Below are positions 28,491 through 37,453 of a stretch of 64,000 bases of DNA, in pieces (position 1 is the first letter of the stretch; every line of letters begins with the position of its first letter). Position numbers and translations under genes: made by a program. The stretch comes from Dehalococcoidales bacterium (GTDB taxonomy: Bacteria > Chloroflexota > Dehalococcoidia > Dehalococcoidales > UBA5627). The DNA is taken from positions 98,873 through 162,872 of the forward strand of contig JBBAED010000001.1 of the NCBI GenBank assembly GCA_041656115.1, written 5' to 3'. The notes under the pieces were generated by a model. It was given only the letters and a program-made list of their open reading frames with translations. It ran no database searches and was not told where the DNA came from.

Positions 28491-28619
28491 TGTGTTGCCA
28501 ACCTCCTTTTACGTATCCTAAAATCCGGCCGATATTCGGGATGTTCCAAATGTATCGGCCAGAAGCATTATATACAAAAACAATAATAATAAACAATTGC
28601 AACTAAAGGAAACTATTTT

Positions 28620-28886
28620 ATGAATATTTATAAAGCAATTTGGAAGGTTATCGGCGGCAGGCCGTGGACATATATTTTGCGTGATATTTGGCATAAATAC
28701 GAAGGCTTATGCATTATCGGGCTGGTGACAATCGGTATATTTCTGGGGCATTGGCTAAGGCCTCACTTACTTTGGATGTTTTTAACTTTTACATCGGGAT
28801 ATATTGCCGGACACCTCTTTTGGGGCAAGGAGTATATTCCCAATCAGAAAGGAGACGAACAAGCGGATGATAAATCTGACCGATAG
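28620..28886 (+). CDS. Small membrane protein
   Basis: 88 aa with two hydrophobic helices and an acidic C-terminal tail. Overlaps the next gene by 20 nt. Confidence 0.45.
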   Translation: MNIYKAIWKVIGGRPWTYILRDIWHKYEGLCIIGLVTIGIFLGHWLRPHLLWMFLTFTSGYIAGHLFWGKEYIPNQKGDEQADDKSDR

Positions 28887-30864
28887 CCTGTTAAGAGCCC
28901 AAAGAGAGCCAAGCCGCATCCCTTACATAAAGCTGGTCGCTTCCAATAAAATAAGCGGAGGATTAAATCTGAAATGGCAAAGGGTTTATAACGGAAACGA
29001 AACGGAATATTTTCATGCGCTGGCGGTAACCTCAGACGGTTCGTTAATCCGAGCGAGGATTACCCATCCCGCCGACTCCCGCAAACTTTATATTCAACGG
29101 ATTGCCAACCCAAACGAAGAACCTGACTTTAGCTTGTGGCAATATACCGGCCAATACAATGCGGTTATTGTTGCCGCCGCGGCACTGGGGGATACGGTAT
29201 CAGTCTTTTGGATTAAAAGCGACCGTAAAATCCAACAGATTGTAAGCAGCGATTGCGGGATAACCTGGTCGGAAGCCAATATTATCGATTACACCCCGAC
29301 AACGGCTGTTAACGGCATTTGCGCCGCTTATAAACCGAACGGTGATTTGGCGTTATTTTTTGCCGATCAGACAACCCTTTATATCAAACAAAAAATTAAC
29401 GGGGAATGGCAACCCAAAGCCGCATGGGATAAAACAAGCGGAGAACTTTCGGGGGTATCGGCGGTTTACGACAGCGATTGGAACATCTTTATTACCGGTA
29501 AGGATATTATCGGTAATTTTTGCCTCAGAAGCCTGGTTTACGGAGACGGCGGGGTGTTACCTGTTGGGGGGTGGGGAGAACCGCAAACAATTGCCGAAGC
29601 GCCGTCTGAGGGCAGTTTTGGCTACTACTATGCCTTTTTGGATAAGCCCGATCTTTTTAGGTGCTTTTATATTGAAAAATACAGCGGAATTGGATCTTAT
29701 TCCCGGCCTTTCCATATCCAAACCGCGGAGAACTTCGGTGATAACCTATGGCAAGAGCCGCAACCTTTTGATATAACATCTGAATACGGGCTGGCAATAG
29801 CGCACGATAAAAACTATTCTTGGCTGTCTTGCGCTAACGGTGTTTGGAAAGCGCCGCTTAAAACAGAACAAATCGACCTTTCGAGCCGTATTGTTGCCCT
29901 TAAACAAAAGACAATTTGCGCCGAAGGCAAGCTAACCGTAGAACTTCTTGGCGGTAATACCGGTTTGGAATTAGAGCCCCCGCTTGAAATCGGCTGCCGG
30001 CTGGACTTAAGCCTCGGCTATCTAACCGCAAACGGGTTTGAAAGCGGTAAAACGGAATCTTTTACCCTGCAGGCCTGTGAGTTTATAAACTCCAACGGCT
30101 TGGCAAAATTGGTTTTGCATGCAACAAACGGGTGGGGAAAAATAAGCTGCTGGGCTGCCAAACAACAATACCGCTGGAATGCCGAAGGTTCGGAGCAAAA
30201 TATTCTTGATTTGTTGAAATTTATATTGGCAAGGGCGGGAGTCCGCACCGCGGTTATTTCTGCATCAGAGGCAATCAAAAATTTGTACCCCGATTTTAAT
30301 ATCAACCCCGGAATGAAAGGGGATGACATTATAAACAAATTAATGTCGCTTGTTCCTGACCTGCTTTTTACGGAAGGCGATACCGCTTATATTGTTAATC
30401 CTTTAACAAATAGCGAATCATCTTATGTGTATTCCTTTCCTCAAACGGACGGCATTCATCCGATTAACCGTACCGGATACAAAATATCCGCCCCAAGATT
30501 TAATCATATTCGCGTTGAGGGGTTTAGTGGTTACAACAATTTGCCGTTAATTGGCGATTATTACGATTACGAAGATATAAAAAAGAGCGGCGAGGGTTTT
30601 CTTTCGATTCAAGACGGTAATATCGGCACTGTAAATGATGCCGAAAAGCGTGTGGAATACACTTTTAATAAAGATCGCAGTTTTAACGATTTAGGATATA
30701 TCGAAGTGCCGACAAACTGCGGACAGCAAATTTACGATGTTATCGGCATAAACGACAGCGTTGCGGGGCTTATAAATGTCAAAAGGCGGGTTATCGGTCT
30801 TGAAACCGTTTTTGAAACCCGCATCGGAAAGTATAGCCAAACTTTGCTGTTGGGAAAGGTTTAA
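28867..30864 (+). CDS. Large phage-like protein with N-terminal BNR/Asp-box (sialidase-like propeller) region
   Basis: Start chosen at MINLTDSLL (ATG 28867, AAGGAG upstream). Canonical Asp-box SSDCGITW plus degenerate copies (TSDGSLI, YDSDWNIF). The C-terminal 350 aa are unassigned. Confidence 0.55.
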   Translation: MINLTDSLLRAQREPSRIPYIKLVASNKISGGLNLKWQRVYNGNETEYFHALAVTSDGSLIRARITHPADSRKLYIQRIANPNEEPDFSLWQYTGQYNAVIVAAAALGDTVSVFWIKSDRKIQQIVSSDCGITWSEANIIDYTPTTAVNGICAAYKPNGDLALFFADQTTLYIKQKINGEWQPKAAWDKTSGELSGVSAVYDSDWNIFITGKDIIGNFCLRSLVYGDGGVLPVGGWGEPQTIAEAPSEGSFGYYYAFLDKPDLFRCFYIEKYSGIGSYSRPFHIQTAENFGDNLWQEPQPFDITSEYGLAIAHDKNYSWLSCANGVWKAPLKTEQIDLSSRIVALKQKTICAEGKLTVELLGGNTGLELEPPLEIGCRLDLSLGYLTANGFESGKTESFTLQACEFINSNGLAKLVLHATNGWGKISCWAAKQQYRWNAEGSEQNILDLLKFILARAGVRTAVISASEAIKNLYPDFNINPGMKGDDIINKLMSLVPDLLFTEGDTAYIVNPLTNSESSYVYSFPQTDGIHPINRTGYKISAPRFNHIRVEGFSGYNNLPLIGDYYDYEDIKKSGEGFLSIQDGNIGTVNDAEKRVEYTFNKDRSFNDLGYIEVPTNCGQQIYDVIGINDSVAGLINVKRRVIGLETVFETRIGKYSQTLLLGKV

Positions 30865-30882
30865 TTTAGAGGGATATAATTT

Positions 30883-31101
30883 ATGATAATAGGAAAAGCA
30901 TTGTTAAAGAGTTTTAGCGCCGCAAACCATACCGCGGCGGTAATGCTAAGCGGAAATTATAAAACGATTACGGAAGGGATAAACGTAGCGCGTAATATTT
31001 CTGTTGGCGAGATGATTCCCGGAAGATACGTAGCCGTCCTTTTTTATGACAGTTACAGTGCCAAAGATGCACTGATAATCGCTGTTTACGACATACGGTA
31101 G
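30883..31101 (+). CDS. Small hypothetical protein, last gene of the phage-like block
   Basis: 72 aa with GAGGGA RBS. Its last few codons and its stop codon lie inside the first module of repeat array 6. Confidence 0.4.
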   Translation: MIIGKALLKSFSAANHTAAVMLSGNYKTITEGINVARNISVGEMIPGRYVAVLFYDSYSAKDALIIAVYDIR

Positions 31102-31745
31102 AGCGATTCCTCTGTCTTGACTCCGAGGTAACCTAATAGTCTATATTCCCCGTCCTCTTAGATCCTTCATTTCATTCAGGATGACATTTTTCTTCCCGTT
31201 CGCCCTGAGCCTGTCGAAGGGTCTCATGAATGGGGGTGGACAAGGATTGCTATCAGCCCGCCGTTATGGTTCGACAGGCTCACCACGAACGGCTAAACTT
31301 TTGTCTTTGCGAGACCATTCCCGAAGGGAAGGCGAAGCAATCTCATATAGATAAAATTTGTTGGAGATTGCCACGTCACTCGCCGAAGGCTCCCTCCTCG
31401 CAAAGACGTTTCCCTTATTGTCATTCTGAGCCTGTCGAAGAATCTGGGGGTTGGCGGATAGTACACCGTTCGGTTACTCTTTATACGGTAGGGCGATGCC
31501 TCTTTTTCGTTTCTGGGGGTACCTAATAGTCTATATTTCCTATCCTCTTAGATCCTTCACTGCGTTCAGGATGACACTACCTTTGTCTTTGCGAGCGCAG
31601 CGAAGCAATCTCATATAAATCCGTAGGAGATTGCCACGTCACTCGCTGAAGGCTCGCTCCTCGCAAAGACGTTTCCCTTATTGTCATTCTGAGCGTAGCG
31701 AAGAATCTGGGGGTTAAGGGATAGTGCACGTTCGGTAACTCTTTT
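31096..31745. repeat. Intergenic modular repeat array 6 (minus orientation)
   Basis: Reverse complements of Y (5'-truncated), Z, D-variant, A, Y, D, A and the Y end. Confidence 0.95.
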
Positions 31746-31882
31746 AAAAAATTATTGGAGAGATATCTGAATCTCCTTGACACGTTACTCGTTTATAACA
31801 TAAAATTAAATGTTCTTTGCCGGTTCAGCAAAGAGGTGTAGTTGTTTCTACAATAATCAGAACACAAAGGAGGCTGATGCTA

Positions 31883-32083
31883 GTGGCCACAGTTATGAAG
31901 GCCAATGAGGGTGAAAGCTTCGACAGTTTGTTAAAACGGTTCAACAGGAAGGTCCAACAGGACGGAATTCTGTCCGAGGTACGCCGAAGAGGTCGTCACC
32001 AGAAACCGTTGACCAGGCGTGCTCGTAAAGAAGCAGCCAGCAGACGTCAAGCAAACAAAGCTGCCAGAGCAAGTAGAAGATAG
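31883..32083 (+). CDS. rpsU: 30S ribosomal protein S21
   Basis: (M)ATVMKANEGESFDSLLKRFNRKVQQDGILSEVRRRGRHQKP... matches the S21 pattern. GTG 31883 lies 9 nt after AGGAGG. The track ORF is 5'-extended. Confidence 0.9.
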   Translation: MATVMKANEGESFDSLLKRFNRKVQQDGILSEVRRRGRHQKPLTRRARKEAASRRQANKAARASRR

Positions 32084-32097
32084 GAGGCGTTAAGCGG

Positions 32098-32550
32098 ATG
32101 TCAGCAGATTTAAAACAAAAACTTAACGACGATCTTAAACAGGCGCTCAGGAGCGGCGATAGGCTCTCGTGTTCTGTAATTCGTATGCTTCTTTCCGCCA
32201 TTCACAACGCTGAAATTGCAAAGCGCGGTGAGTTGGAAGAAACCGAGTTAATCGGTGTGATTGCCAAAGATGCCAAACAGCATAAAGAAAGTATTTTAGC
32301 TTTCAAACAGGGCAATCGTCCGGATTTGGTGGAAAAAGAAGAGGCTGAACTTGCTGTAATTGAAAAATACCTGCCGGAGCAGATGAGCAGGAAAGATGTC
32401 GTTACTGCCGCCCGTAAGGTAATTGAAGAAGTCGGTGCTCAGACCCCCAGGGATAAAGGTAAAGTGATGGGGAAACTGGTATCGCAACTGAAAGGCAAAG
32501 CAGACGGACAGGTTATCAACGAGGTAGTGAACGAACTCCTCGAACAGTAG
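32098..32550 (+). CDS. yqeY: GatB/YqeY domain protein
   Basis: LKQKLNDDLKQALRSGD...VIRMLLSAIHNAEI...KGKADGQVINEVV is typical of YqeY. It commonly follows rpsU. Confidence 0.85.
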   Translation: MSADLKQKLNDDLKQALRSGDRLSCSVIRMLLSAIHNAEIAKRGELEETELIGVIAKDAKQHKESILAFKQGNRPDLVEKEEAELAVIEKYLPEQMSRKDVVTAARKVIEEVGAQTPRDKGKVMGKLVSQLKGKADGQVINEVVNELLEQ

Positions 32551-32573
32551 GTTTTAAGATTAGTTTAACAAAA

Positions 32574-32600
32574 AAGAGGGTGTAACAGCCCTCTTTTTTT
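32574..32600 (+). terminator. Rho-independent terminator after yqeY
   Basis: Stem AAGAGGG / CCCTCTT with an 8-nt loop, followed by TTTTT. Confidence 0.7.
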
Positions 32601-32613
32601 ATGCCCTTTCATT

Positions 32614-33143
32614 TGTCTTTGCGAGTCCATTCTCGATAGGGAAGGCGATGCAACTCTCCTTCGTCTTTGCGAGCGCAGCGAAGCAATCTCTAACAAATCC
32701 GTATGAGATTGCCACGTCATTCGTCTAACGGCTCATTCCTCGCAAAGACGTTTATAACTTGTCATTCTGAGCTTGTCGAAGAATCTGGGAGTTGGCGAAT
32801 AGTGCACCGTTCGGCTACGGATTCTATAGTAGGACGATGCCCCTTCTTTGATGCAGAGGACACCTCATAGCTTGTATTTCCCGTCCTCTTAGATCCTTCA
32901 CTTTGTTCAGGATGACAAACCACTCGTTCGCCCTGAGCCTGTCGAAGGGTACTCCGAACAAGGAGAAAACGAGGATTACTATTCGATTGCCGTTATGGTT
33001 CGACAGGCTCACCATGAACGGCTAACCTCTTGTCTTTGCGAGCGCAGCGAAGCAATCTCTAATAGATTAAATTCCTTGGAGATTGCCACGTCATTCGCCA
33101 GAGGCTCGCTCCTCGCAAAGACGTTTCTATTATTGTCATTCTA
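32614..33143. repeat. Intergenic modular repeat array 7 (minus orientation)
   Basis: Reverse complements of D-variant, D, A, Y, Z, D and A. Confidence 0.95.
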
Positions 33144-33170
33144 AGAAAAAAGAGAGTTTACTCTGAGATT

Positions 33171-34226
33171 TTACTCTATCTCAAACTCCTCCACCTCTTT
33201 CATTAACACATCCACAAAATCCTTCTCATCCACCGTACAGATTTTTTCGCCTCTTCTAAAAAGCACTGCTTTGCCTTTACCGCAAGCGATTCCGATATCC
33301 GCATCTTTGGCCTCGCCGGGTCCGTTAACAACACAGCCCATAACGGCAACTGTAATCGGTTTGTTTAATTTAGCCAGTCGCTCTTCGACTTGTTTTACAA
33401 TCTCAATTAAATCAACCTCTGTCCTGCCGCAGGTAGGGCAGCTCACAAGTACGGCGCCGCGATGCCTCAAATCCAAGCTTTTTAATATCTCGTAGGCGGT
33501 AATTACTTCTTCAACCGGGTCGGCAGAAAGTGATACACGAATGGTGTCTCCGATGCCCATGTAAAGCAAGGGGCTTATACCGCAAGCGCTGCGAATAATA
33601 CCGCTTCCGGAGGGCCCCGATTCGGTAATCCCGATATGCAAAGGATAAGGGATTATTTCGGCAATTTGTTTATAGGCTTCAATCGTAGTCGGAACATTAA
33701 AGGCCTTAAGCGAAACCTTTACCAAATCAAAATCTAAGTTTTCGAGTAGTTTGATATGCCTCATAGCCGCAACGACCATCTTTTGGGAAAGTGGGAGCTC
33801 AGGGGTTATGTCCTGAGGTAAGCTGCCGGCATTAACCCCAATACGAATCGGGACTTCCCTTTCTTTTGCGGCGTTAACAACGGCTGTCACCTTATCCGCT
33901 TCACCGATATTACCGGGGTTGAGGCGTAATCCGTCCACCCCCGAATTAATCGCTTCAAGCGCTAATCTGTAATCAAAATGAATATCGGCGACAAGCGGAA
34001 TACTAATCTTCTTTTTGATTTCGGCGAGGGCGGTTGCCGCTTCCATATCCGGAACCGCACAGCGGATTATTTCACAACCGTGTTCTTCAAGTTCTTTAAT
34101 TTGTTTGACGGTTGCTTTAACGTCACGCGTGTCGGTTTTGGTCATTGATTGAACTGCGATGGGAGCATCGCCGCCGACAGTTACATCTCCGATTCTGACT
34201 GCTTTTGAAACTCTGCGTTGTACCAT
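33171..34226 (-). CDS. ispG: 4-hydroxy-3-methylbut-2-enyl diphosphate synthase IspG
   Basis: VQSMTKTDT, RCAVP, LRLNPGNIG, RIGVNAGSL and the C-terminal CPTCGR...GCVVNGPGE cluster ligands. Confidence 0.95.
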   Translation of the reverse strand: MVQRRVSKAVRIGDVTVGGDAPIAVQSMTKTDTRDVKATVKQIKELEEHGCEIIRCAVPDMEAATALAEIKKKISIPLVADIHFDYRLALEAINSGVDGLRLNPGNIGEADKVTAVVNAAKEREVPIRIGVNAGSLPQDITPELPLSQKMVVAAMRHIKLLENLDFDLVKVSLKAFNVPTTIEAYKQIAEIIPYPLHIGITESGPSGSGIIRSACGISPLLYMGIGDTIRVSLSADPVEEVITAYEILKSLDLRHRGAVLVSCPTCGRTEVDLIEIVKQVEERLAKLNKPITVAVMGCVVNGPGEAKDADIGIACGKGKAVLFRRGEKICTVDEKDFVDVLMKEVEEFEIE

Positions 34227-34238
34227 TTTCTTATCCCC

Positions 34239-35486
34239 TTATTCGGCTATTATCCGTGCGATATCCTGAAAAGTGATAGCTATCATTAACATAATCAGCA
34301 ATACGAATCCGAAGAAATGAATCTTGCCTTCGGTTTCGGGTGCAACCTTTTTACCGCGGCGAATCCATTCCAACAATACAAATATAATTCTCCCTCCGTC
34401 AAGAGCCGGCAGCGGGAGCAAATTGATAATCGCTAAGTTTAGGCTGAAAAAGGCGGTCCACTCCAAAAGGGGGCTGATACCCGCACGCGCAACCTGCCCG
34501 GTAATTTCCGCAATACCGACCGGCCCTACCAGGTCTGTTGTCGCTCCGGAAACGATAAACATACTAAGAATTCCGTTTTTAAAAAGCACCATTGTTTCAA
34601 ATGCCTCAACGGTTCCCTTTTTAAACGAAACCCACGGGTTAAAACTTTGTTTTTCAATTATTGCGTTTTCGGTTCTGATAGCAAAGCCGACCGCACCTTG
34701 TCCTTCGGGCGGATTCCATCTGGGAACAACGGTTACTGTCTTTTGAGACCCGTCGGTACGTTCCAAAAGAATCTTCATTTCATTCCCAAGGTGCATTTGG
34801 ATATAACGGCTGACATCGGTGTTATTATTAACGGTTTTACCGTTGATTTCGATTATTTGATCGCCCGCTAAAATACCGGCTGATTCCGCCGGTGAGTTAC
34901 CGGCTATCTCAACAACGCTTACATTTCCTGTAACGACATTGTGCGGAACCATAAAAGCGATTGTAAGCAGTAAAAACGGCAATATAAAATTCATAATTGA
35001 ACCGGCGCTTAAAACAAGCAGCCTTGTTCCGATACCTTTGCCGGCGAGGCTGCGTTCCACTTGCGGGTCCTCTTCTCCCGCTATTTTGGTAAAACCACCC
35101 AAAGGGACCAAGTTTAGCGAATATTCGGTTTCCCCGTATTTGAATGCCGCTATCCGCGGCGGAAAACCCAGCCCGAATTCTTCAACCTTAACCCCACAAG
35201 CCTTGGCGGTGGCAAAGTGTCCCAGCTCGTGCGCTAAAACCACAATTATAAGTACAAAGAAGAAGGCGGCGACGGTTGTAATTAGCCCCATCCCCGGAAT
35301 TACTATTTCATAACCGGCAAGTTCGGTGGCGATTATCGCAATAATTGCGATAGCAAAATAAGCTAAGGCAGCAACCAGCACTACCGCCAGCGTTAGTTCT
35401 TTACGGTTAAAAAGGCGATGCTTATAAATTAAAGCTGCAATTGCCGCAATCGGCAGGAGCAATACAAAAGCGATTAGTATATTCAT
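34239..35486 (-). CDS. rseP: Site-2 (M50) zinc metalloprotease RseP with PDZ domain
   Basis: HELGHF zinc motif, PDZ (SPAESAGILAGDQIIEING), and NLLPLPALDGG. Confidence 0.9.
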   Translation of the reverse strand: MNILIAFVLLLPIAAIAALIYKHRLFNRKELTLAVVLVAALAYFAIAIIAIIATELAGYEIVIPGMGLITTVAAFFFVLIIVVLAHELGHFATAKACGVKVEEFGLGFPPRIAAFKYGETEYSLNLVPLGGFTKIAGEEDPQVERSLAGKGIGTRLLVLSAGSIMNFILPFLLLTIAFMVPHNVVTGNVSVVEIAGNSPAESAGILAGDQIIEINGKTVNNNTDVSRYIQMHLGNEMKILLERTDGSQKTVTVVPRWNPPEGQGAVGFAIRTENAIIEKQSFNPWVSFKKGTVEAFETMVLFKNGILSMFIVSGATTDLVGPVGIAEITGQVARAGISPLLEWTAFFSLNLAIINLLPLPALDGGRIIFVLLEWIRRGKKVAPETEGKIHFFGFVLLIMLMIAITFQDIARIIAE

Positions 35487-36628
35487 TATTTACTCAAATT
35501 CTCCGCAAGTTCGATGGCTGTAACCCTTGCCCAATCGTCGGCGGCAAAAATATTTTCAAGTGTCGGGTTGTTAATGTTTGCGTGTTTTTCTAAGGTTTTT
35601 TCAATTAATTCGGCAATATGGTTAAATTTTATGCGAGATTCCAAAAAGAGCGTCACCGCCACCTCATCCGCTGCGCAAAGTACGGCAGGCATGGTCCCGC
35701 CTTCTTTTCCGGCATCGATTGCCAGTTTTAAGCAGGGGAAAACATCGGTGTTGGGCTGTTCAAAATCCAATTTATTAATTTTTCGCCAGTCGATTCTCGG
35801 TATTGCGGGATTATCCGACCGCTTGCCGTAAGTAAGTGCATATTGGATTGGTAACCGCATATCAGGAATGCCAAGTTGCGCTTTAACCGACCCGTCTTTA
35901 AATTCCACCATTGAATGGATAATACTTTGCGGATGAACCAAGACGCTGATATCTTCGTAGGAAATACCGAATAACCAATGCGCTTCGATAACTTCCATCC
36001 CTTTATTAAAGAGGGTTGCCGAATCAATCGTAACCTTTTTACCCATTTTCCAAGAAGGGTGCTTTAAGGCTTGCTCCGGTGTTACCTCGGCCAGTTGCTC
36101 CTTTGAATAGCCTCTGAACGGTCCTCCGGACGCTGTTAAAACTATCTTGGCGTTTTCCCTGTCTTCTCCTTCAAAGCATTGCCAAATTGCGCTGTGCTCG
36201 CTATCTACCGGTAGAATCTCTGCCTTGTGCTTTTCTGCTTCCGACATAATAACGCTTCCCGCCGAAACCAGCGCTTCCTTATTGGAAAGGGCTATTTTTT
36301 TACCGGCTCTGACTGCCGCCAGCGTCGGTTTCAATCCGGCGCCTCCGGGAGTTGCAACCACTACGATATCGGCTTCCGGCAGAGCAGACATTTCCTCCAT
36401 ATTTAGATAACGTGAATCCGAGGAAAGTGTTAGTGCAGGTTTATCGGTACAGTAGTAATATTGGGGGCTAAATTCTTTGATTTGTTCTTTAAGAAGTTGG
36501 ATATTTCCACCGGCGGCCAGCCCGATGACATTAAATCTATCGGGTAGGGCTCGTATTACATCCAGAGTTTGTTGGCCGATGGAGCCGGTAGAACCCAATA
36601 TAACCAGATTTGTAATCGCATTAGTCAT
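35486..36628 (-). CDS. dxr: 1-deoxy-D-xylulose 5-phosphate reductoisomerase
   Basis: Start at MTNAITNLVILGSTGSIGQQTL (ATG 36628). LSNKEALV, DSEHSAI and HPSWKMGKKVTIDSATLFNKG motifs. The 53 extra N-terminal codons of the track ORF are repeat-derived. Confidence 0.93.
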   Translation of the reverse strand: MTNAITNLVILGSTGSIGQQTLDVIRALPDRFNVIGLAAGGNIQLLKEQIKEFSPQYYYCTDKPALTLSSDSRYLNMEEMSALPEADIVVVATPGGAGLKPTLAAVRAGKKIALSNKEALVSAGSVIMSEAEKHKAEILPVDSEHSAIWQCFEGEDRENAKIVLTASGGPFRGYSKEQLAEVTPEQALKHPSWKMGKKVTIDSATLFNKGMEVIEAHWLFGISYEDISVLVHPQSIIHSMVEFKDGSVKAQLGIPDMRLPIQYALTYGKRSDNPAIPRIDWRKINKLDFEQPNTDVFPCLKLAIDAGKEGGTMPAVLCAADEVAVTLFLESRIKFNHIAELIEKTLEKHANINNPTLENIFAADDWARVTAIELAENLSK

Positions 36629-36694
36629 AGTACTAATATCATACAACAATTGCCGCTTTGAGGCTACGCTGGCGTTTGTTGATGCATGGTCTAC

Positions 36695-37370
36695 CCCAGC
36701 CGTTCGTGGTGAGCTTGTCGAACCATAACGGCGGCCGGACAGTAATCCTTGTTTCCCCTCGTTCGTTGGACCCTTCGACAGGCTCATGGCAATCTCGCTC
36801 TTGTCATCCTGAACGGAGTGAAGGATCTAAGAGGACGGGGAATACAAGCTATGAGGCTACCTCAGAGTCAAAAAAGGCGACGCTCTACCCTAAAATCCGC
36901 AACCGAACGTTGCACTATTCGCCAACTCCCAGATTCTTCGACAGGTTCAGACCCTTCGACAGGCTCAGGGTGCTCGGAATTTGGATTGTCTTTGCGAGGA
37001 ATGAGCCTTTGGCGAATGACGTGGCAATCTCTCCCTTGTCATCCTGAACGGAGTGAAGGATCTAAGAGACTGTGAAATATAGGCTATGAGGCTACCTCAG
37101 AGTCAAAAAAAAGGCATCGTCCTACCGTTTAAAGAGTAACCGAACACTGCACTATCCGCCAACCCTCAGATTCTTCGGCAGGCTCAGACCCTTCGACGGG
37201 CTCAGGGTGCTCGGAATTTGGATTGTCTTTGCGAGGAACGAGCCGTTAGGCGAGTGACGTGGCAATCTCCAACGAATTTAATCTATATGAGATTGCTTCG
37301 CTGCGCTCGCAAAGACAAAGGAGGATTGCTTCGCCTTCTCTATCAGGAAAAGTCTCACAAAGACAAAAGG
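36695..37370. repeat. Intergenic modular repeat array 8, between dxr and cdsA (plus orientation)
   Basis: Z, Y, A, Y, A-D and D-variant modules. The array splits the normally contiguous cdsA-dxr pair. Confidence 0.95.
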
Positions 37371-37453
37371 GGGCGCCAGAATGACAAAAGGGAATGGTCT
37401 AACAAGGATAAAAGAGGGATGTCCCGAAAGATAAAGAAAGAAGAAGTAGCCCT

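Noticed and set aside
35486-36787. Long N-terminal extensions of dxr (to 36787), pheS (to 19762), rpsU (from 31817), the capsid gene (from 25496) and hpt (to 48334) in the ORF track
   Set aside because: The extensions are repeat-derived or not protein-like. Conserved family N-termini, with an RBS for rpsU and the capsid gene, occur at the internal starts 36628, 19624, 31883, 25583 and 48292.
4729-37370. Possibility that the repeated intergenic blocks are CRISPR arrays
   Set aside because: There is no single short repeat at regular spacing with unique spacers. The blocks are concatenations of several different 45-170-nt palindromic modules in variable order, and no cas genes are present.
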